The translations under genes were made by a program, and so were the position numbers. The notes beneath the pieces were generated by a model that was not told the origin of the DNA, ran no database searches, and saw nothing but the letters and a program-made list of their open reading frames with translations. 41,245 bases of DNA, from NCBI RefSeq assembly GCF_001186125.1, contig NW_014040178.1:22209-63453 (forward strand), in the 5' to 3' direction. Every line of letters starts with the position of its first letter. The first letter of the stretch is position 1. The stretch is from Sphaeroforma arctica JP610 (Eukaryota). This document shows positions 23,570 to 33,789 of this stretch, piece by piece.

Positions 23570-26500
23570 AAATCATGAGTTCTAACACCACAACGGACAC
23601 GGCACACACAGATCAGTCAATGACTTCTGCTCCGTAGCAAAGAACAAAAGCAGCACAAAGGAGTATACGCACAGAAGTGAGCTCTACTAGCACATACACA
23701 CGAGGAAGCACCAGCTGTACAGCTTGAACTCGACCAGAACAATCGCATACAATGCCAGTGTCACAAGCTTCCTCACGCACTTTTACTCCAAACAATGGGG
23801 AAGGAGCGATGTACATGGATGATGAGCCCACACCAGCAAGAGCACCATTAGATCCAGCAATGAGTAAGTTCAAAGTGGTCATTGACACGACCATTTATGA
23901 TGGCAATGCCTATAGTATATGCATACTGGTATATAAGCTGTATGCACAGAAGTTGACATACAAGCACTCCATAAGCTCCGTAATGCAGTTCACACCCAAC
24001 AACCTAATAGATTGATACCAGAAGTCGATCAGCGGTTATCAAAACTATACAATAAAGCTGTGAAAGGCTGTGATAAAAGTGATCACGATGAGTGTATTGC
24101 AATCAATGGCTTAATGAGCGAGTTAACACTAATTAGATCCCATGTAGGGGATAAAATCTCAGAAACAAAGATGAACAAACTACTCAAGATGAGTGAGTTC
24201 TCTAAGTGGCCAACACACAAGTATGTGAGTATGGCTGATTGTCGTGATACACTTGAGTTTGTATCTGTAGTAAAAGACTTGTTTGCGAACACAAACATGC
24301 CATTGGTACAGTATCTATCACTCGTACAAGAACTGCCCCGACAAACAGCCACAACAGAGGTACCGCGCACAGCACTCAATAATACACGTAGTTCCCAACA
24401 GCTTTGGAAAGACTGCACTGATGGGGAAGTCTACAATATATTAATCATTGACAATTTGCGTCACACTCCAGTAAACTATCTGCTGGAGAAATGGCTCAAC
24501 GACTTCTATAATGCTCGACGAGCAGCACGATTGCGTCGCACAATGCTTGAGCTGGAGAAACGATGCAAGGGCACGGGGAGATAGTCCATTAACATGCAAT
24601 TTCTCAAAGTGTCACGTTATCAGTCACTAGTCATGTATGGACAACAGGCCGAGACTGATAGAATATTGAAGGCGCAAACGAAGCCTGATGGTAGTAGCGG
24701 ACCCTTGTCTGACATATCAGAGAAGATATTCCATGAACTCACTGAAGACTTTGTATCAGACAAGCAACCATAACACATGCTAATCACGATCGGTATCGCA
24801 AACGAGCGAGAACCGCACCCATCCCAGACCAGAGAGTCAATCGTCCAAGACTTGACACACCCCCAGGGGGTCCACCCAGAGAGATGGGTCAACCCAGAGG
24901 GGGGGGGGGCGGGGACCACAAGTAGGACAAGGCCGAGGTCGTCCTATGGGACAGGGTACTTACACCCCAACACCGCGAGGACCACGACCTTGTCCATACT
25001 GCCGTTCAGACCCTTCGTCACATGCGTTTAACAAGTGCCCAAAGAAGAAAGAAAGCAAACGTCAGAAGCAGCAGCTAGGGCAGCGCAGCAATCCCAACCG
25101 ATACATGTAGACCAGTTGACCATTACAAATGGCAACAAGGTGCAAGCGATGGATGAAGAATCTATAAAGCTTGGTGGGCGGAAGTTAATATGGTAAACAT
25201 GGTAGGCATTGTGAATGCACACACTGATGAAAAAACGTTGCTAAGAAATGCAAATGACATTGCTTACCCACCTTATTCTTTACTTTCTAATCCACGAGAC
25301 CAAAGATTGCACATAGACATACAAATGAATGGCACCACATACAACGCACTAGTAGATTCAGGAGCACAACGCTCATGTATGGATCGCAGTTTAGTAACTG
25401 AACTATACTTGTCTGTAAAATCACAACCTGGGTCTACATACAGATCGCACAATCAGATGTACGAGTACAACGCACAGGTTCCACAGACGTGTGTGATATT
25501 ACCTATGGCGGTAGATAAACATCAAACTGCTTTGGGGTACTCGACTTCCCAGACAAGAAATCACCAATCCTTTAGGTATGGATATTTTACCATACTTGGG
25601 CATATATCTAGCTGGGATAATTGATCCACTCAAACCGACATATGCTAAATGGGAATCACTTCTCACACCACATGAAGATGACCCTGAAAATGAGCGAGAA
25701 GGATTCAGAGAATCACTCTCAGACTTATTAGACCAGAACGGCCAGATCCCGCCGGATGTACACTGCAATTTGCCAGGATCGGTAGTGGAGATACCAAGTC
25801 AAGAGGTCAAAGCAAAGAACATTCGTCACGCTAAAGTGAACTTTGTTCCACATAAATACATGCCACAAACAGATGACAATGTTCAAAAATGGGTCAAAGA
25901 CGGGCACATATACAAGCGAATAGCACCCACACAGGCGAATCTACCATTACGGTGTGTACACAAAAATAGCCAACACTTTTAACTTTTTCTTGGAGAGGGG
26001 CACAATACTCATTCAAGTCAACTCCGTTTGGACTCCACTCGCTAACAGCACAATTTCAACGAGTGATGGCCAACCACCTCATCGACATTAAAGGGGTACA
26101 AGTATACGTGGACGACAGTAGAGAAACACAGACAAACAGTACGAGAAGTCATCAAAAGACTTAACGCAGCCAACTTCAGGCTAAATCACAACAAATGTGC
26201 GTTTGCAGTCAAGAAGTCGATATATTAGGCGTCAAAGTTACAACAAAAGGGCTCAAAACAGACCCCGAGAAACAAAACACATGATTGACAGGCTACTGCC
26301 AATAACCAAACGTGACCACATAGAGCAATCTGATTAGTAAACTACATGCAGGACTATATTCCCTAGTTCGCGCATATAACGAAACACTTCCGCAATCTCA
26401 TGAAAGGAAAAATGAATCAGAATATAGCGATTCTTCGGACACCAGAACTCATTAAGAAATAGGAATAACTCAAAGATGTTATTGCATGCTCCGCAATATT

Positions 26501-26600
26501 GGCGTATTCAGTAGATGGAGTACCGTTTCAAATCATGAACGACACAATCGCTGTCCCAAATCATAGATGGAGTCAGAAGGGATATACTCTATTTTTCAAA
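23570..26600 (+). mobile_element. Decayed Ty3/Gypsy retrotransposon (gag, protease, RT, start of RNase H), truncated at the Copia
   Basis: ALVDSGAQRSCMD protease (~25345), PFGL..FQRVM, YVDD (~26104), PFQI RNase H start. Confidence 0.88.
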
Positions 26601-28139
26601 GGGCTTAAAAGGTAACGGTTTGAAATGCGGTACTAGGAGGGGTTGTTGTGTGCTCTCCTGGAAGCTGTGTCGTAGTGTGTCCCGTATTGTGTGGTGATGG
26701 AGCTGAAGATGTCGTGTCCATGGTGGTATTTGTTGAACACTCCCCTGGAATAGAGGTATCGTCAGCAGGTTGATCCTCGATACCGTGTTTGTTTGCAGTG
26801 ATATAGGTTTGCATCTGGCGGGCGCATTGTCTCGTCATTCGCATTTTGTTAGGTAGATGCGGTCCATTGAGCGTGTACAAGTAAGAGACCGCGAAGGGCG
26901 CGTGATTCGGGATGTCGGGCAATGTGGGTTTGTAAAGTGTTGTTAATAGTGTCCTCCTTGTCTGGTGTCGCGGTCGATGGTGCTTGTGCAGTCGATGCAG
27001 TGTCGGGAGTAGGTAGGAGCGTGCGTGGCGTAGCGTATGTGGTTGGTGTGGGCAGGAGGGCGGTTTGAGCAGGTAGAGGATCCTGGTGTGTATCAGCTGA
27101 GATGGTGACATCGTCGGTCTGTGTGCCAACCGAGGAATAGGTAGGTGTTTGTGTCTCGCATGTAGTGTCTTGATCGAGGTGTAACGCCATAGTCAGCTCA
27201 CGGATTATGGGTACGTCCTTTGTGTCTGTGGCAAAGTGTGGGACGGGTGTGTTCCCAACCATAGTCCAAGTCGGAAAGACACGGTAATTGAATTGAACGT
27301 CGCTGGAGTGACATATTTTACCTGTCTTGAGGTTAAGTATTCGGCACTCATCGTGGCCTATATATACCCCAATATTGGCGCGGTCGTCTAGTTTGCCATG
27401 GCGTGACTGATTGATAAATGCTACTCGACATTCAAAGAGGCGCATGTTCTTAATGCGGTCAGTTGGTTTAAACCCCCAGAACACTTCCCAAGAGGATTTT
27501 TGGTCTCAGTTGTGTTTGTTGTCGTGGACAGAGTTCTTGAGAGCTGCGTATTGGATATCTTCGGCCCACATGTTGTCGGGCATCTTGGCTTGCTTCATAT
27601 CGCTGAGTATAATGTCATGTATGACACCATTTGCACGCTCGACTAAGCTATGTAATGCGGGCGTTGCAGTGGGCACGTAGAGTGTTTTTACATGTTCCTG
27701 CGTGTTAACCTTGTTGAATTCTTGAGAGATGAATTCCCCGCCACGGTCACATTTGAGCTCGCGTAGCTGTGCAAGTTTATCCTTCCCGATTTCAGTGTAG
27801 AATTGATCTAGTGCGCCAGTCGCGTCGTCCTTGTGCTGGAGGTTATAGACTAATGTGTAGCCACTGATGGCATCTACGGACTTGATATCACAGGTATAAC
27901 CACTAGGGGTTGTGGGCAAGCCCGTATGTAAGTCAACATGGAAAACGGTTCCAATAGGAGGAAGGTATCGACTCTTTGCTGGTATGTCGGACTGGTCTGC
28001 GGCGCATTTTCCCTTGTACACATGGTGTACAAGAGGTACGGTCTGTCAGGTAAGCGATGGTATCTGCCTCAGCTGTGAGCAGTTCTGCGGTGGGAAAAGC
28101 GGCATGTTTGATGTTGCCAAGTCGTGCTATGCAGATGTA

Positions 28140-28545
28140 GTGCCACTTAGGTAGGCCAACGACATTGCGCCCGTGTTCTAGGAAAGTCTCGAGTATTGTA
28201 CGTATGACCTCCGCATGAGAGTGTAACTGGCGTAGTGTTTGGTTGTAGTTCTTGGTGTTGGGTTGTAGTGGAAACACCGTCGTGACCAGGCCATTTTCAG
28301 TATCGAGCTTGGCTAGAGTCTCACGCCAAGTTTTGCGGCGAAAAGGTATGTTCCCGTAAAGGTGTTTATCGGGTTGATCCCAGGATTGCATAAATGCGTC
28401 TTGGAGTGGTGCGTCATCGGTGAGTCCACAGTACAGGGGTACTTGCGCGTTTTCTGCGTTGGCGAATAAATCGATATCTACTGGTCCAAAGACGTCTGTA
28501 ACATGTCGTTGAAAGAGATCCGGGAGTAGCATCCATTCGTTATGG
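28140..28545 (-). CDS. Dam/DIRS-type N6-adenine DNA methyltransferase-like domain inside the Copia integrase N-terminus
   Basis: NEWMLLPDLF..FGPVDIDLFANAENAQ..YC..DAFMQSW..LYGNIPF..LVTTVFP..TFLEHG..LPKW; uninterrupted frame from WHRRLGH to CTPC. Confidence 0.8.
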
Positions 28546-28638
28546 GAAGGTTTGGTGATTGTAGTAGAGGATATGTTATTAGATCGTAGTGTCTCGGTAA
28601 TTTTGTCGCTATGGCCGAGTCGTCTATGCCAATCCTCA

Positions 28639-28947
28639 GTGGACAGAGTTCTTGAGAGCTGCGTATTGGATAGCTTCGGCCCACTTGTTGTCGGGCATAT
28701 TGGCTTGCTTCATATCGCTGAGCATGATGTCATGTATGACACCATTTGCACGCTCGACTAAGCCAAGTAATGCAGGCGTTGCAGTGGGCACGCAGAGTAT
28801 TTTTACATGTTCCTGCGTGTTCACCTTGTTGAATTCTTGAGAATGAATTCCCTGTCACGGTCACATGTGAGTTCGCGTAGCTGTGCAAGTTTATCCTTCC
28901 CGATTTCAGTGTAGAATTGATCTAGTGCGTCAGTCGCGTCGTCCTTG
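28639..28947 (-). repeat. Duplicate of Copia integrase core segment 27524-27833
   Basis: ~310-bp near-identical direct repeat. Confidence 0.9.
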
Positions 28948-28949
28948 AC

Positions 28950-30000
28950 AATGAGTGGAATAGTGCGTCGGAAATGGCTGAAAACAGTATACATTAGTGT
29001 TGCAAGACTAAAGATTTTGAAGCATTTAGTGATTTGATACCAGTAAATCAGCCACATGTGAAGAAGTATCCTAACTACAAGCTTGCAAACTGTAATATTG
29101 AATCGAATGACACCCAAGCTTTCAGCAGTGCTCAAATTAGTAGAATTCATAGAATGTCTACTATCTTCATGGACCAGGAAGTGATGAAATGTCCCTCCCA
29201 TGTACAATTTTGAAAAGAAGTTCGGCCACTGTAGGTTGTGGAGTACTTCTTTTATTTTCAGTAGTAACAATCTGTCTTGCTCATATTGATAGTGACTTCC
29301 CTAAAGTCAAGGTATTTGCGGTTTTTAGTGGTATGTTCACCTGGGTGTCTTTTTACGTATCTAATTTTTTAATGTTCTCTTCTGTCTTTACGTGCCCATT
29401 TTTTTTAACGTTCTCTTCTGTTTATAGCATGCTGGGTAGTGCTCGCAGTGCCTATTACTCTGGTAAATGTTTAGGTATACTTCTGAATTGATTTTTCAAA
29501 TATCTACATGACATCGAAAGCGATGATGTCATCGTTCACTTTCTAAAAGAGGCTATAATATCAACAGTTATTCGCCATCGTAAGTACGACCTCCCATCTT
29601 ACGGTTCATATGCGTCATACGAGCAAGTACATATCGTTTTTCGAGACTCGAGAAGTTCACGATCACGTCTGGTTATAGGGTAGTGTCTTCCAGTTAGGTT
29701 CGTGAGCTTTCGGTATGGTACATTATTCACAAGGCTCGCAGAAGTGTATGAAAGTATTTATTCGCTTATCCTTAAGGTTGGTACTTTAAGTAGCTCAAAT
29801 ACTTACAGTATTTCCACTATACTATCGTCAGTTGAGAAATCAACCACGGCCTTAGCATTCCCAAGCTGTTTAATAAATCTTGGCTCAGCATGCCCTCGCT
29901 GCATACGCTCAGTGTTACGTGCTGCTTGCGTTAAGATAGTGTCAATTTATTTTTCTAAATATCAATGATTCATCAACACTCAAACTTTTAAACCCTCATA
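28950..30000 (-). mobile_element. Highly decayed Ty3/Gypsy fragment (RT N-terminal part)
   Basis: KIKEVLHNLQWPNFFSKLYMGGTFHHFLVHEDSR resembles the Gypsy RT FSKLDL..GFHQ..V..E.SR motif. Confidence 0.55.
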
Positions 30001-30283
30001 AGGTTCAAGTCAAGCAAGAGACGTTCCTCTACGCTTGCATACACATACGTATGTATCCGAATCGTGCTTGTCTAGCTTTCACTGTATCATAATTGTATAG
30101 TGATGACCTAAGTCGCGCTTACCAGGGTGACGTGGTAAGTGAGTGTCGATATTACGAGGCTCGTACGCCTCATCGAGTTCCATAAGATCATACATTCGTT
30201 CAGGGCTAGGTCTGTCCAAATAATGGTCTGTGACCGCTTCCGAGCAGTATAGGTTGAAACCTGGGTTTCTAGCCCCTTTTCTA

Positions 30284-30356
30284 GTATTAGTAGCACTAGC
30301 GGTTAATTTTCTTGCTGGTAATTGAGAAGGTCCCGGGTTCGAATCTCAATTGTTGA
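30284..30356 (+). pseudogene. Degenerate tRNA-like sequence (tRNA pseudogene or SINE head)
   Basis: A-box-like TAGCACTAGCGG (30291-30302), AGGTC variable loop, B-box GGGTTCGAATC (30335-30345); acceptor and anticodon stems pair poorly. Confidence 0.45.
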
Positions 30357-32037
30357 ATCAGATTTCTTCTTTGATATGGGTTTCAGTGACAGCGGCTATT
30401 TTGCTCCTTCAAGAACTCATCCACGGGACTCTTTTTGCGCCGAGAGTTCAAAGATCCGTCTAGCCGTTCCTGAGGAATGGGGTCCCCAACATCGGCCCCG
30501 ATACCTGTGGCAGTATCCGCAGACTGATGCTTGGCTTTCATATGCCGTCGGATTCGTGTTGATACCTCCATTCGTTGAAGAGTTATAACGTCCCCAACAT
30601 TAAGTTATTTGGCCCCAACATTCAATGAAATAGATACCTTAACACCGCCTAGGAGTTCCGTAGTTTCCGTAGTTGTGCGAAGCTCTGTATCCGAAGAGGC
30701 AGGCTCCAACAGTTCTTCGTCAGGTTTTTTCCTTGACTCGGCTTCTCCTCGACAGTTTCTTCGGCAGGCTTAAATGTCGAAGGACCAGGCGTGTCCTCTG
30801 GGACCTCAGCAGGCTTCGCAGGTTTAGCGCTGGCGGCCACATTCTTCTTATTAGGTGCTGTAGGCATACTTGATACTTGGCTTATCAAACGATAGTTGAA
30901 AATAGTGTTACTCTCGTCAGTTTACAGACAGCTATCGCTACTTTAAATGAGAATATGTAAACTTCAGAGGAAATATTACAAGTTCTATTATGTTGAAATA
31001 AACATTGAAGACCGGTCAAGTTAGTTAGGATTGAGCAGTTGTAGCTTGTGTAAGAATGATCAGGTTTGCCTCTTGGTATAAACCTTAACACCCGCGAGCA
31101 CACGGAACATACCTCTAGCATCTTTACTACTTGTTTTCACAAGAATTACTATGGGTTCATAGCTCACATAGCCTGATTGTACATAGGTGTTGGTGAGAAC
31201 CATGTTAATACTTTAGTAATTATAAATAAAAGTCCTTTTGAACAAAATTTTATAATAAATAGAAAAAGACTTTTCGAATGTTCGATATTGACGAGAGGAC
31301 CAACACTATAAGTAATAGTTCAGACTTCGTACAGTTTATTAATTACATCTGCTATTGTTTCCAAATAGAGTCAAGTATATGAATCTTGCCAAATACTCAA
31401 ACTATATGAGCTATAAAGTGAATTTGGAGCATTTTGGATCTATTGGAGAAATAACTTGTATAATTATTTAAATAGATAAGAACGAATGACTTCTCTTATT
31501 TGATCTTGAAATTTCAATCTAACCGGAGTGTTGAACTTGCTAAACTCTCTCTCTGCTTCTTTTTAGAATATGGGGTATAACTTCTAGTCAATGGCTAATA
31601 AAGTCATTGGCATGTTCGTTTCCAAGGTAGCATACTCTTGGTCTTGTGTGTCATTTGTTTCCTTTAGGGGTTTATTATAATTTCTGAGGTTTTGGTATTC
31701 ATATGTTTTCATGCAGACGTTACAGCATATCTGGCATTTAGTTGATCACGTTTGAAAATATGACCTGAGACATTTTTGTTAGTTTTTTTTGTTTTGTTTG
31801 TGGAATATACTTGTGTGGTACAGAGTGTACTTTAGTATGTCACATTTGTCTGACATTGATTCCATTTACTGCACAGTAATACTGTGACTTTTGAGCCAGG
31901 TAGATTGCAATGTATTTCCGGAGCTATCACTTAATTGGTTTCTAGAGTGACTCTCGAAATCCATCTTGTTCATGTCCTGGGTCATCCTCGTGTGGTGTGA
32001 GTAATGATTCCCGCTTTGCATCTGTTGATGTGAGTGG

Positions 32038-32038
<1 letters not shown>

Positions 32039-32131
<93 letters not shown>

Positions 32132-32228
32132 NNNNNNNNNNNNNNNNNNNNNNNNNNNNNNNNNNNNNNNNNNNNNNNNNNNNNNNNNNNNNNNNNNNNN
32201 NNNNNNNCGGTTCGTTCGTCGTAGTACG

Positions 32229-32282
<54 letters not shown>

Positions 32283-32285
32283 ATA
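32039..32285. repeat. (TA)n/(TG)n microsatellite enclosing an assembly gap (N 32132-32207)
   Basis: Directly visible. Confidence 0.95.
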
Positions 32286-33193
32286 TGCCTATATATGGGA
32301 TACTGCTCATACCTAGTAGTATAGGTGACTTTTTGTCTAGTTTGCTCAGTACTTTGCTGATATGCCCAGTACTTCGAAGCACTTTGAGGTCTTCCGCAAT
32401 CCGTATTCAATGTCATATACTTCAGTCGTGCCTGTCCGTTCGACGCTCGCATCTATTTGTGCCAGTAGTATATAGCCAGTTTGTGTTTGACTGATAGCTA
32501 TTGTTATGTTACTATACTTTATCCATGCACGAGCGTTGTGATTCTGAGTCTACTAGAACACTATATGTGTTTAAGTGTAATCTTTGATCTCGTGGTTTGC
32601 GAAGCAAGGATGAACGTTGGTAGTGATTATATTTCGCCTTTATTCCGCGCATCACTCATGTTAGATTATTCTATCTTCTCTGTAGAATTGGCAGCTTCCT
32701 TAACCAGCGCTGTCACCTTCATGGGGCATTGGTTAGGGTGATGGGAGACAAATATTCCTTTCCATTATGTACAAGCTCGCACTTCTCTTGCCTCTTTCTC
32801 ACCATGAATCTGATGTCGTTCTCTCGGACGTTTGGCGATTGACAGTACTGTATTTGTTGAATGGTTGACGTGCGATATGCTATGTCTCGCCTATACCTTT
32901 ACTGCAACGCGTATACATGCTTCTGAATTATCTAAAAAATACATTTTGCTTATGTTTGGTAAGTGTCTGTCACTTCCACAGGCTTCTTGCTCGCTTTAAT
33001 GATGTCATCTACTTTCTCTTGTTGCCCGTAGCAAGTGAATGCTTTATATCGTGCTACTTTGAGAAGTTGCACATGAATTGACTCTTTGTCTCTGTCTCTG
33101 TATCTCTACTCTAGTATTTTCATCGTTCGATACTTGCGCTCCGTAGGTACATAAATATTCAGTACTTTGTTCTCCATGTCGTTGTGCAACATC

Positions 33194-33459
33194 TCTGGTA
33201 GATAGTCTACAGGATGATGTCTTGGTCTGTCAAAGATGATTCTATTCAAATACTCTTGGTCGGCGGAATCATCTATATCATTGAGTACCCTCTTAGTCTT
33301 ATCTGTCATATCCAATAGTACTCTTTCTGGTAGATAGTCTACAGGATGAAGTCTTAGTCTGTCAATGATGATTCTATCGAGCTGCTATAGGTCGGTGAAA
33401 TTTCATTGAGTACCTCTTTAGTCTTATCTGTCGCGACTGTCTTATTCAATAGTACTCTT
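33194..33459. repeat. Diverged tandem duplication, ~132-bp period, in Gypsy gag
   Basis: tctggtagatagtctacaggatga... at 33194 and 33326. Confidence 0.85.
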
Positions 33460-33591
33460 ACAAGTAATTTCTTCAAATGCAGAACACAATCTGCCAGTAA
33501 TCTTGCCGCACTCTGTATTAGGCGTCCCTTAATACGACATTTAATATATAATGGACATAGAGTTCGATGCAGGCAGTTAGTGGTAGCTGAT

Positions 33592-33783
33592 TGTTGTTAG
33601 ACAAAAGTGGCTTTATTTACACCTCTTCTGAGGGCTTATATACATCACCATTTATTCGCCTATATATTCTGGCGGTGTATGAATCTTTTGGCGGGGTGTC
33701 ATATTTGTTGACACTGACAGTCCTGTGTACCGAACTGTTATTGCATTCCTGATATTCGCATATGATGATTTGTTATAGCCTAA
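33592..33783 (-). mobile_element. Probable LTR (3' LTR of the 33.8-38.4 kb Gypsy)
   Basis: On the - strand: PPT-like AGGGGAG (33786-33792), then TATATAA, AATAAA and a ...TAACA end; no partner LTR found. Confidence 0.5.
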
Positions 33784-33789
33784 TACTCC

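Larger units (their letters stand above)
26605..28947 (-). mobile_element. Ty1/Copia remnant: integrase with split HHCC, DDE core and SH3-like region; RT absent
   Basis: WHRRLGH (28611-28631), CTPCVQGK (~28010-28031), FHVDL..DRGGEF..VERAN core, MWAE, KLDDRA..GVYIGH..SSDVQFN. Confidence 0.92.
31700..33590 (-). mobile_element. Decayed Gypsy copy related to 23570-26600 (gag, protease linker, RT start)
   Basis: ESLLTPHEDD..GFRESL, HCNLPGS, VPHKY and RHHPVDYL match the + strand copy. Confidence 0.8.

Noticed and set aside
30383..30888. Low-complexity - strand ORF fragments as a host gene
   Set aside because: Short, frameshifted, no recognisable domain or clear splice structure; left unassigned.
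31942..32494. ORFs spanning IYIY runs and X residues
   Set aside because: Artefacts of the microsatellite and assembly gap within a dead Gypsy.
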